From Pedobacter sp. (GTDB lineage Bacteria > Desulfobacterota > Desulfuromonadia > Desulfuromonadales > Syntrophotaleaceae): a stretch of 64,000 nucleotides of DNA. A program made the position numbers and the translations under genes. The notes under the pieces were generated by a model. It had not been told where the DNA came from. It saw nothing but the letters and a program-made list of their open reading frames with translations, and did no database searches. Below are positions 20,664 through 29,599 of this stretch, one piece after another (position 1 is the stretch's first letter; every line of letters begins with the position of its first letter). The stretch lies in NCBI GenBank assembly GCA_050253415.1, contig JBFWJC010000006.1:124702-188701 (forward strand). The letters are read 5' to 3'.

Positions 20664-20694
20664 ATCGACAACGGGAGAATTAGCACGGAATACC

Positions 20695-20741
20695 GGGACA
20701 GGTTTATTTATTATAAATTAACGAAAATACAAATCTGTCCC
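20695..20741. repeat. GGGACAG...CTGTCCC hairpin element
   Basis: Inverted ends with AT-rich centre. Right half is repeated at 13371-13394. Confidence 0.7.
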
Positions 20742-21013
20742 GGATTTCCCCAAACTTGGTTATCGACTTGACGGCCTCCCCACCGGGCCCCCCATAGCCC
20801 CATTGGCCAACCTCGAAAGAAGCAAGTTGGGCTCGACCTCTGCGCCCAAAAACCAACAACGGGGACCCCTATTTATCAAGCTGTGCCCCTCGTTTATCCC
20901 TAGTTTCAGGTTCCGGATGCTGGGTGAAAAGTGCTGAGGACATATCCACAACGTGCCACCTTCGAAGCCTGCCTCCCTGACCCTTTGCCCCCCCGCAGGA
21001 TATTAAGATGTTC

Positions 21014-21166
21014 TTGCAATTGTGCCGTTCAGCCGCTATGACTGTAGGGGCGAGAAAATCGGGCGGATCCCGCTACATGAGAGAAACCGCCCGAAGGCGT
21101 ACATCGGTACGCCGCACCAGGCAACCCGCGGATTGACGCCGCCAAGGCGGAAAAGGACTGTTTCCG
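21014..21166 (+). promoter_or_regulatory. Putative promoter followed by a structured 5' leader
   Basis: TTGCAA-17-TATGAC, then stems TCGGGCGG/CCGCCCGA, GGCGTAC/GTACGCC and CGGAAA/TTTCCG. Confidence 0.45.
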
Positions 21167-21228
21167 TATAAAAACTTTATCAATGCGGATCCTTAATACA
21201 CCCATACTTGTGGAAATTTGACACGCTT

Positions 21229-24200
21229 ATGAGATGGACACCGATCTTTTTTCTTTGCCTGTTATATGTCATCTGGACAGCGCGGGTCTCCACCGCCGCC
21301 CCGGTCACGACCACCGGCCTCAGTTGGCAGACCGTTCTGGATCAAAACGACCGCACCCTGACCTATTCCTTCGACACTACCGGCGGTTATGCGGTGGAAG
21401 GTTATGCCTCGCAATCGCTCGAGGAGCTTTTTGCGACCATACCCCAGTGGCGCGACCTCATTCGCCAGGAGCTCGACGCATGGAGCGTTGCCGCCGATAT
21501 CACCTTTGTCGAGGTCCCGGACAGCGGCGATGCGTTTGGGACAGCCGGTGCCCGGGGCGCGATTCGCTTCAGCGCTCATCCGATGGCGGTTGATACCCAT
21601 GCCCATGCAGATCTTCCCTTAGCGACCGGCACCACCGAAGCGGAAGCTGGTACCAGTTACTCGGGCGACCTGCACTACAACACTGACTTCCCATGGGGCA
21701 CGACCGACTTACAGGCGGACACTCTTCATGAACTGGGGCATTCCCTCGGACTTGCTCACAATCTCGACATAGAGTCGACCATGTTTCCATGGTCGGTGGC
21801 GGGGGTGAACGTAACGACGCCCAGCGAGCACGACTTGGCGGACCTCCGGGCGATCTATTTCCCCCAGAATCTTCCCGCCCCGGTCCTGGTCTCCCCGGTG
21901 GTCGCGGCAGAGCGCGACTGGTTCGCCGTTGCCGACGGCACTGCGGAGGCGCACGGCACGGTAGCGATCACCGACAGCGGCCGTCTTTTGACCAGCGGCG
22001 AACAAAAGACCGGCATCAAGGGCATTGGCGCTTCGTTGGCGGATGAGAACTACGGCTTCGATTACGTGGACCTGCGTCTGGAAGCGGGCGGACGGATCGA
22101 AACCGCCGGCCACAATGCCTACGGCATCGGCGCCGGCGATTTCAACACCCTTCGTGTCGACGGCCTGATCACCACTGCAGGCTATTCCGCCGACGGCATC
22201 GCCCTGCTGGGACGCGACAACAGTTTGCAGACCGGCGCCACCAGCCTGATCCGCACCAGCGGGGCAAGCGGTAACGGTATCTTCGTCGGTGGTGAACAGG
22301 ACGCACTCGGATGGCCTCACGGCAACCTGGTGGTGGCCAACGGCCGCATCGAAACAAGCGGCAATGGGGCCTGCGGTATCTTTGCAGCGGGATATTCCGA
22401 GCTGACCTTGAACGGCAGCATCTCCACCACCGGCAGTTACGCCGCCGGCATCGGTAGCGATTATTACGGCCATCAGCACATCCTCATGAAATCGGGCGCC
22501 ACCATCGACACCGGCGGCAGCAACGGCTACGGGATCCTGGCCCGCGGCGCCGCCAACCTGGTCACCATGGACGGCACGATTACCACAACCGGCAGCGACG
22601 GCTACGGTATTTATGGCTACTCGGCGGAGTCCGCCACCATGGTTATCGGCGGTTCGATTATCACTTCGGGTGAGTCTGGATATGGCGTTTATACCGAGGG
22701 CAACGACAATGTCGTCACATCAAGCGGAAGCATCGTCACCGCAGGGACCATAGCGCCCGGTATGCTTGCCAGCGGCACCGGCAACTATCTCGAAAATTCC
22801 GGCAGCATCGCCACTTCGGGTCAGTCTGGATATGGCATATACGCCTCCGGCAACGACAATGTCGTCACATCGAGCGGCAGCATCGCCACTTCGGGTCAGT
22901 TTGGATATGGTCTGTACCTGTCCGCAGCGAATAATAAGGCTGTAAACGATGGCACCATCCAAACCGAGGGCTGGCTCGGCCACGGCATGGTCGCTCGGGG
23001 CGGCGGCAACATTCTGGTCCACTCCGGCACCATCGAAACCACCGGCGAGGATGCCTATGGGGTCTTCGCCCGCGAAGGCGGCAACATCCTCGATATCAGC
23101 GGCGACATCCTCTCCCGACAAGCCGCAGCGGTACGGGTCGGAAGTTTCTGGAACTCTGCCACAAACATGGTGGAACAGGCCGAGGCGACAGGGAATCTGC
23201 TCTTACTCCACGGTGCGCCGCAGATTGTCGGCGACATCATTAACGACGGCGCCGATAACGGCGCCATCGCCTACTTCGGCGTGACGGTGGACGATACAGT
23301 CCCTGGCGGCTATGCGGCAGCGGACACCGACCTGGCCTACACCGGCAGTTTCAGCGGTCGATCGTGGCTGGGCGAAGTGGTGGCCGGCCGGGTCAGCCTG
23401 AACGGAGCGCAAAACGCCTTTTCGACCCTCACCGTGTATTCCGGCGCCACCCTGGGCGGCAACACCACCCTGGCCGGCGATCTGGTCAATGCCGGCTATG
23501 TCGCCCCCGGCAATTCCATCGGCACCATCACCGTGGCCGGCGACTATCTGCAAAGCGCCGGCGCCACCTTGCTGCTGGAAATCGGCGGCTCCTCCAGCGA
23601 CCAACTGCTGGTTGGCGGGGATGCCACCTTTCTGGATGGCTCCCTGCTGGCCGTCTCACCGATTGCCCCGATGCTGTCCGGCGATTTCTCTCTGCTCCGT
23701 GCCGACGGCACCCTCAGCGGATCGCCGCAGCTGACCCTCGCCGACAGCGCCCTGCTCGATTTCACCCTGAACAGCGGCAGCCAGAACCTGACTCTGCAGG
23801 TGGCCCGAACCGCCTACGCCGATCTGGCCGCAAGCGATAACCAACGGCAGCTTGCCGCCGCCCTCGACCGCCTGGTGGCAGGTGCCAGCGGTGATCTGGC
23901 CGACGCGCTGCTGCAGATCGACGCCCTGGAGCAGGCCGCGGCGGTGCGGCAGGCGTTGGACAGCTTGGCCCCCACCGCTTATGCCGCCCTGCCCGATGCG
24001 GTATTGGGCGCCCTGCGCGGTTTCATCCGGACGATGCCGACGGCGGAGCGTTATCCGCTGGCTGGCGAGGATGGCTGGCGAGCCCATGCGCAGCTGATCG
24101 GGGTGCAGCGCCAAACAGGCCCTGGCGACGGCGTGGCAGGCTACCAATACGACAGCCGGGGCTTTGTGGCCGGCGCCGACCGTTCTTTCGATGGTTACAG

Positions 24201-24894
24201 GCTCGGCGCCGCCCTGAGTTATCAGGATCTGAGAATCGATCACGACGACAGCCGTTCCCGCAGCGATGCCGATGTGCTGTTTGCCGCCCTGCGCGGCGGC
24301 TTGCAAAGCGATTTCTGGTACCTGCGGGGCCTGCTCGGCTACGGCCACCAGTGGCATGATACGCGCCGCGACATTCAGGTGGCGGGTCTGACCCGGCAGG
24401 CCGACAGCCACAGTCAATCCGACACATTGTTTGCCGGCCTGGAAGGCGGCCTCGATATCCCCATCGGCCGGTTTAGCCTGACCCCTTTTGCCGGCCTCGA
24501 CTATGCCGCCTGCTTCTGGGGGGGATTCGATGAAACGAACGCCGGGACTCTGAACGTGAAGATCGACGACGCGACGGCCGAGAGTCTGCGCAGCAGCCTG
24601 GGGCTGGCTTTGGCCGCTCCGATTGCTTTCGGCAGCACCTTTACGCTCGATACCCGGCTGCGGCTGGCCTGGAGTCATGAACTCGGCGATGATGCCTACG
24701 CCTACGGGGTGCGCATGCAAGGCCAGAACTTCAGCATGCGCGGACAGGACCTGGGGCGCGATCTGTTGCTGGCCGGATTGGGGCTGCAGTCGCGATGGAG
24801 TAAAAAAGTAGCCGTTCATGTCGGTATCGACTATGAACGGAGGCGTGATGATGATGGGTTTTCCGCCCAAGGCGGATTATCCTGCGCGTTCTGA
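21229..24894 (+). CDS. Autotransporter with N-terminal matrixin (M10) metalloprotease domain
   Basis: Signal peptide; GDLHYN, HELGHSLGLAH, Met-turn STMFP; TxG..xGI beta-helix repeats; APGNSIG; beta-barrel ending in F. Confidence 0.9.
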   Translation: MRWTPIFFLCLLYVIWTARVSTAAPVTTTGLSWQTVLDQNDRTLTYSFDTTGGYAVEGYASQSLEELFATIPQWRDLIRQELDAWSVAADITFVEVPDSGDAFGTAGARGAIRFSAHPMAVDTHAHADLPLATGTTEAEAGTSYSGDLHYNTDFPWGTTDLQADTLHELGHSLGLAHNLDIESTMFPWSVAGVNVTTPSEHDLADLRAIYFPQNLPAPVLVSPVVAAERDWFAVADGTAEAHGTVAITDSGRLLTSGEQKTGIKGIGASLADENYGFDYVDLRLEAGGRIETAGHNAYGIGAGDFNTLRVDGLITTAGYSADGIALLGRDNSLQTGATSLIRTSGASGNGIFVGGEQDALGWPHGNLVVANGRIETSGNGACGIFAAGYSELTLNGSISTTGSYAAGIGSDYYGHQHILMKSGATIDTGGSNGYGILARGAANLVTMDGTITTTGSDGYGIYGYSAESATMVIGGSIITSGESGYGVYTEGNDNVVTSSGSIVTAGTIAPGMLASGTGNYLENSGSIATSGQSGYGIYASGNDNVVTSSGSIATSGQFGYGLYLSAANNKAVNDGTIQTEGWLGHGMVARGGGNILVHSGTIETTGEDAYGVFAREGGNILDISGDILSRQAAAVRVGSFWNSATNMVEQAEATGNLLLLHGAPQIVGDIINDGADNGAIAYFGVTVDDTVPGGYAAADTDLAYTGSFSGRSWLGEVVAGRVSLNGAQNAFSTLTVYSGATLGGNTTLAGDLVNAGYVAPGNSIGTITVAGDYLQSAGATLLLEIGGSSSDQLLVGGDATFLDGSLLAVSPIAPMLSGDFSLLRADGTLSGSPQLTLADSALLDFTLNSGSQNLTLQVARTAYADLAASDNQRQLAAALDRLVAGASGDLADALLQIDALEQAAAVRQALDSLAPTAYAALPDAVLGALRGFIRTMPTAERYPLAGEDGWRAHAQLIGVQRQTGPGDGVAGYQYDSRGFVAGADRSFDGYRLGAALSYQDLRIDHDDSRSRSDADVLFAALRGGLQSDFWYLRGLLGYGHQWHDTRRDIQVAGLTRQADSHSQSDTLFAGLEGGLDIPIGRFSLTPFAGLDYAACFWGGFDETNAGTLNVKIDDATAESLRSSLGLALAAPIAFGSTFTLDTRLRLAWSHELGDDAYAYGVRMQGQNFSMRGQDLGRDLLLAGLGLQSRWSKKVAVHVGIDYERRRDDDGFSAQGGLSCAF

Positions 24895-25054
24895 GGTTGC
24901 CATAGGACAATTCTGGTTTCTTGGGTTGCGTAAGCTGAACCGTTTAGTCAAGGGAAGATCGTCCCCTCACGTATCGAGCGCCACCGTCGGTTTTCCAGGT
25001 AAGATGTCCCCCGGACTCCCCTTCCCGCCTCCGGCCCTCGTTTTAATTCCTGCA

Positions 25055-25834
25055 TCACATAAAGATCTCCGGTACTTTCGGCGTGCTGCAGTTCTTATGC
25101 AGCATCGTTCGTGCTTTCTCGATCCAGGGATGGGTGAAGAAGCGAGCCTTGGCCTCACACGCTTTGACGCAGGCACAGCACAGGATGCAGTTTTCGGCGT
25201 TTGTGGCCAGCACATCGGACGCGTTGATAGAGCCCGGGGGACAAACCGCCGCACACTTTCCGCAGAGAGTGCACTGTTCGCTGTTAGCCTGCGGGGCCAT
25301 CACGTCAAAATGCGGGCGTTCCCTGTATGGTATGTTGCCGGCGATGTCCGGGGTGCGGAAATCCCCACCATTGATCTTCGCTGCAACCTGCTTTCCAAAC
25401 TGAACAGCCAGGTTCAGGTCCTCGGCATCGGGTCTGCCGGCCGCTATGGGCTGCGCCGGGATGGAGAAGGAATGTTCGCCGATAAAAGCCCCGGCAGCGA
25501 TAACCTTGAACCCCTTTTCGACGGATAGATCGCGCAACTCGACAAGGGCATCTTCGAACTCGCGGTTACCGTAAAGAGCGACAAGCACGGCGGGTATCTG
25601 TCTTGCGGTGATCGCCTGCAGGCGCCGCAGGCAGAGTTCCGGCACCCTCCCGGCATAGACCGGGATGCCGATAATCGCAACGCCATCGGTCAGGACGCCC
25701 TCGCACCTGACATCCGCCGTTGTCAGGTCGTAATGGACAACCTTTTCCGCACAAAAGCCTTGAGCGATGGCTTCGGCTATCTTTCTGGTAGTTCCGGTGG
25801 GTGAAAAATAGACAAGATGAGCGGTCCGTATCAT
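25055..25834 (-). CDS. EFR1-family flavodoxin/ferredoxin fusion
   Basis: YFSPTGTT, PVYAGR, YGNR, GRPD and two CxxCxxCxxxC motifs. Confidence 0.9.
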   Translation of the reverse strand: MIRTAHLVYFSPTGTTRKIAEAIAQGFCAEKVVHYDLTTADVRCEGVLTDGVAIIGIPVYAGRVPELCLRRLQAITARQIPAVLVALYGNREFEDALVELRDLSVEKGFKVIAAGAFIGEHSFSIPAQPIAAGRPDAEDLNLAVQFGKQVAAKINGGDFRTPDIAGNIPYRERPHFDVMAPQANSEQCTLCGKCAAVCPPGSINASDVLATNAENCILCCACVKACEAKARFFTHPWIEKARTMLHKNCSTPKVPEIFM

Positions 25835-25975
25835 TAATAACTCCTTTTAGGGTTCATAACACGATGGATGTCTGGGGTATGACCGTAGAGCATGAAGCCC
25901 ACACCAGCCACGGCGGCCCTGGTTTTGAATTTTCCGAAGGAGCCCGCAGAATATATGTTGCACGGAGAATTTCGG

Positions 25976-26242
25976 CTATTTCAACTGACTGTCCTTGCTG
26001 CCCCGTCGATTGAAAGCTGCAAAAGGTTTCTGCTGTTTTTCTCGCTCCGATTGACAACTGACACAAAGGAGAACGCCAGGAACCGCCTTACGGCGAGCCT
26101 CCGGAATGACCGAATCGCACTCTTCGCAATGGGTTAAACTCTCGCCGGCAGGCAACCGGCTTCGGGCCCGCTGTACCGCTTCTTCAACCGTAGCGTCTAT
26201 CTGATCCTGAACGGCGCCATCACGAGACCAGCCGATAGCCAT
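25976..26242 (-). CDS. DksA/TraR family C4 zinc-finger protein (YbiI-like)
   Basis: GWSRDGAVQDQID, CEEC..IPEARR..CVSCQ, NRRGSKDSQL. Confidence 0.92.
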   Translation of the reverse strand: MAIGWSRDGAVQDQIDATVEEAVQRARSRLPAGESLTHCEECDSVIPEARRKAVPGVLLCVSCQSEREKQQKPFAAFNRRGSKDSQLK

Positions 26243-26612
26243 GATTTACTCCTTCGCGCAGGTGATTCCTCCTCTCCGAGTATATAACAAACGATGCAGA
26301 AAAGACGTATTCTATATTCCCGCCGCCAGAGAAGTGACCTTTCGGGAACACCGTCTTCCGGACGACTGGAAACGGCCCAACTATGACGGCAAGGAGTTTG
26401 CCATCCTCCTGTCTGGCGGTACTTAGCTTGGTACGACCCCGCACACACCTTTATTTCAACGGGTTCACTTGGTCCGTCCCCCAACATGATCACCAGAGGC
26501 CCCGCTGTTCCTAAGGGGAAAAAAAAATACTACCTTATGGACAATGAAATCCGACTTAGTGAACAACTTAACAATGTCCCCTCCGGTTTCTCGTAAACAG
26601 CTGGGTTCCCGG

Positions 26613-26656
26613 CGACAGTGTATTAATTTCTAAAAATTGAGTATACTGTCCCCGAA
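26613..26656. repeat. Hairpin element, repeated at 27106-27153, bracketing the rhodanese gene
   Basis: GACAGTGTATTAATTTCTAAAAATTGAGTATACTGTCCCCGAAA versus GACAGTATATTTAACTTTGAAAAATTGAATATAGTCTCCCCCGAAA. Confidence 0.75.
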
Positions 26657-26777
26657 ACCGCCCAATGATTAGCACATTCAATTTGCAAGTGCACCACTCG
26701 GGGCTTCATCGAAGACCTCCCGGGGGTTCCGGTAGCCGAGACATTTTTCGCGCAAAACCCCATACAAAGGAAAGATA

Positions 26778-27089
26778 ATGCAGCCTCAGGAATTAGCAAA
26801 ACGCATAAAGGCCAAGAATTCACCGGCAATCATAGACGTTCGGAGCGGTTTTGAATTCAAAGCCGGACACATCCCCGGAGCGATCCATGCCCCGACATGG
26901 AAAATACTCCTGCTGTTTGCACGCCTCCCTTCCGACAAAAATGCCGAACTGGTCGTGACATGCGAACATGGACCCCGTGCCCAGATGGCCAAAGGAATCT
27001 TGGGAATCCGTGGCTATCGGAATGTTAAACTTCTATCCGGTCACATGTTCGCATGGAGAAAGGCCGGGCATGTTGTGAATCGGATTTGA
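26778..27089 (+). CDS. Rhodanese-like domain protein
   Basis: IIDVR, GHIPGA, CEHGPRA, LSGHMFAW. Confidence 0.92.
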   Translation: MQPQELAKRIKAKNSPAIIDVRSGFEFKAGHIPGAIHAPTWKILLLFARLPSDKNAELVVTCEHGPRAQMAKGILGIRGYRNVKLLSGHMFAWRKAGHVVNRI

Positions 27090-27277
27090 ATTTCCAGGGA
27101 TTCTTGGGACAGTATATTTAACTTTGAAAAATTGAATATAGTCTCCCCCGAAATGAGTGTTTGTACTCCCCCCATTTTCGAACAGAAACCTTAAAAGGCC
27201 GATTTTGCCCCCGAAAATGGACGTTTAAGCCGTTTTGGGGGGCATTTTTTCGGACATTTTCATTACCTTTCAGCTGG

Positions 27278-27589
27278 TTAGCTTGGTCCGACCCCGCACA
27301 AGGTCTTTCCCTTGCTCACGTTGACACGCCGATAGGTACCAGCCCATGGATAAATCTCACTCAGCCAAAGCTTGTGCATGGTACAGACATCTTGGGCGGT
27401 AAACACTTGATCTGGCTCAATCTCAGCAAGCAAGCTCTCCTGAGCCGACCACAGCTTTTCCGTCTCGGCTATTTCCATCTCCTCACGCGTGGTAATCCCG
27501 AGGAAATTTTTAAGTACTTTTCCATCGGAGCCAGGCTCAAACTGGTCTTCGGGCAGTCCCGAAGTGTCATATTTATCCGTTGGAGTCAT
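27278..27589 (-). pseudogene. Truncated Fic-family protein (N-terminal part only)
   Basis: VLKNFLGI, H..WLSEIYPWAGTYRRVNVSKG. No HPFxxGNGR motif; cut at the GGGGTCGGACCAAG repeat. Confidence 0.8.
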
Positions 27590-27628
27590 TCATTCAATCC
27601 ACAAAAACGAAGATCTGGTTGATTCTTT

Positions 27629-27669
27629 TGATTACGAATCAGTTGCTCTACCAGCTGAGCCAGGGCAGC
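27629..27669 (-). pseudogene. 5' half of tRNA-Thr(CGT), possible att remnant
   Basis: GCTGCCC TG GCTCAGCTGGTAGAGC A ACTGA TTCGTAA TCA; T arm and 3' acceptor strand absent. Confidence 0.8.
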
Positions 27670-27770
27670 ATTTCCATCGTCCTAACTGTCCCACAATGCT
27701 TTGCCGTTTCATCCATCAGGGGCGAGCCCGCTCAAGCTATCCTTGTTAAAGACTTATCAGCATAAAAAAT

Positions 27771-29567
27771 TTACAGCGAGAAGTAATAATCCCGCATCTT
27801 TTGGGCCATCAAAACCCTTCTCTCCAGCAAAAAGTCATCATAATCTTCCAGCGTCATGTCAAAAATCGTGTTGGGGATACAATTTCTTCCGAGGTTATGT
27901 TTCAGGGTCTCAATATCGCCGATGGCTCCGTATTTTGCGGTGCCTCCATTACATTGCGCCGTAAGTTCGTCAAAATAGGCCTGCGGTGCTTTATTGCCGA
28001 TCTTGATGTTGATCTCCGACTGCATATAGACATAGTTAGCGATCTGGTTGTATTGGCCGCGCTTGAGACCGTTTCTTTTTAAGTAATCCCTGGGGAAGAT
28101 ATGATGTATATCTCCCTTGTGACTCACGAGGTCGGTCACCGTGATATCCCTGGACAGGAATCCCTTATCATTGGCTTTTATCTGGGCCGCCCAAAACACA
28201 TTTAAATACGGGCTGCTGCTTACCGAGGTATTGAGGCTTTGCACCAGGCCGGCATCCCAAAAAGCATCGGACAGAGCAGCATCCTCGACGGCCTGCAAAA
28301 ACTCCCCGAAAGGCCTGCTTTCTATCTGGCGAATGTCAAAATCCATACTCGACTCAGGCGATGCAGAATACCTCCCAGTAAGGACGGACATTGCAAACCA
28401 ACGACGGACAAATTTTTCAATGTCGTGGGACGGTATGCCCTGTGAGCGCAATTTCAAATAGACCACGTAGGCAAAATTCAGCGCGTTCTGCGAACGGATC
28501 ATGCCGGAATCGATGAACCCGGCAGAGCGGATAATCATCAAAAACCGCTTGAAATGCGTCTCGTTTATGGCATCCAGGATCCCTGTTTTCAGCTTTTCAA
28601 ACGCACTCTGGGCAATATCCTCTTCGAACTGTTTGGTTTCAAAATTTCTACCCGACAACAAACTGACCAGGTCGGAGAATTTTCCCCGATTGAATTGGGG
28701 GACAAAAGCAACCCGCAGCAAATCGGTGTAGTCGGGGTCGTAGAGGTTGTCGTTTTCATTTTTCAGCCAGGACATCTTCTGGAAATAGTCCGTATTGACG
28801 AACTCCTGATCGACATCAACGATGGTGGGGTAAAACTCGGGGGCAATGGCAAGGTGGCAGAAGTAATCGATGGCTTTTCGCAGGGTCGAACCGCCGTAGG
28901 TTTCGTTACTGGCAATCTTTGACATGGCGAAATCGGCCTGACTGAGAACCACCCCTTTGGAGTTGATTCGTATAAAGACTTCCGTAACAGTTTCAATGTC
29001 CAGGTCAGAGGCCAACTCGATCAAACCGATCTGTTTTTTGGGTATCTGCATCAGGTTGGTAATCGTGACCTCTACCCGCTCCGGTTCAATATCCGGATTC
29101 TTTTCACAATAATCCTTGACGCTTTTTATCAGTCCGACCTGTCCACTGACGAGGGGTGCAATGTCGGCGACCCAGCGTTTGTCCTTTTCGATGGCGGGAT
29201 TGGTTACTTCGAATTTCTCCTCGTCCGGGTGAAAAGCGATCCGGATCTTGCGGCGGCGATAATTCTGGTCGATGATATAGTGGCCCAATATTGCGGCGGA
29301 GAGAGCCGTCACCCGCTGCTGGCCGTCAATCAGGATTTTTTTGCCCTCGGAATTTCTGCCGTCTTTGAGTTTGACATCGGGGTTGCGCCAGGCGATAAGA
29401 TAACCTATCGGATATCCCTGATACAAGGAATCCATCAGGTCGCGGACTTTCGTGGCATCCCAAACGAAGGGACGCTGAATTTCGGGGATGGCTATTTCGC
29501 CTGTATTAACAAAAGCGAGAATACTTTCGAGAAGGTGTTGATTGACAGAGTATTTTTGAGTTTTCAT
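27771..29567 (-). CDS. GmrSD-family (DUF262 plus C-terminal HNH-like) modification-dependent endonuclease
   Basis: [34 protein letters not shown]...N...N. Confidence 0.88.
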   Translation of the reverse strand: MKTQKYSVNQHLLESILAFVNTGEIAIPEIQRPFVWDATKVRDLMDSLYQGYPIGYLIAWRNPDVKLKDGRNSEGKKILIDGQQRVTALSAAILGHYIIDQNYRRRKIRIAFHPDEEKFEVTNPAIEKDKRWVADIAPLVSGQVGLIKSVKDYCEKNPDIEPERVEVTITNLMQIPKKQIGLIELASDLDIETVTEVFIRINSKGVVLSQADFAMSKIASNETYGGSTLRKAIDYFCHLAIAPEFYPTIVDVDQEFVNTDYFQKMSWLKNENDNLYDPDYTDLLRVAFVPQFNRGKFSDLVSLLSGRNFETKQFEEDIAQSAFEKLKTGILDAINETHFKRFLMIIRSAGFIDSGMIRSQNALNFAYVVYLKLRSQGIPSHDIEKFVRRWFAMSVLTGRYSASPESSMDFDIRQIESRPFGEFLQAVEDAALSDAFWDAGLVQSLNTSVSSSPYLNVFWAAQIKANDKGFLSRDITVTDLVSHKGDIHHIFPRDYLKRNGLKRGQYNQIANYVYMQSEINIKIGNKAPQAYFDELTAQCNGGTAKYGAIGDIETLKHNLGRNCIPNTIFDMTLEDYDDFLLERRVLMAQKMRDYYFSL

Positions 29568-29599
29568 AACTGCCTATCCTCCGTTAAAAATTGCTTACT

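Noticed and set aside
17899..20686. Many long overlapping ORFs
   Set aside because: Expected from stop-codon scarcity in GC-rich DNA.
20761..20815. YRLDGLPTGP resembling the MltG C-terminal motif
   Set aside because: Too short and interrupted to support a call.
26241..26426. 61-aa ORF ending YDGKEFAILLSG, like a GGDEF fragment
   Set aside because: Only one short degenerate motif and no RBS; suggestive at most.
13262..27692. Classical integron
   Set aside because: No tyrosine recombinase and no RYYYAAC...GTTRRRY attC structures seen; passengers lie on both strands.
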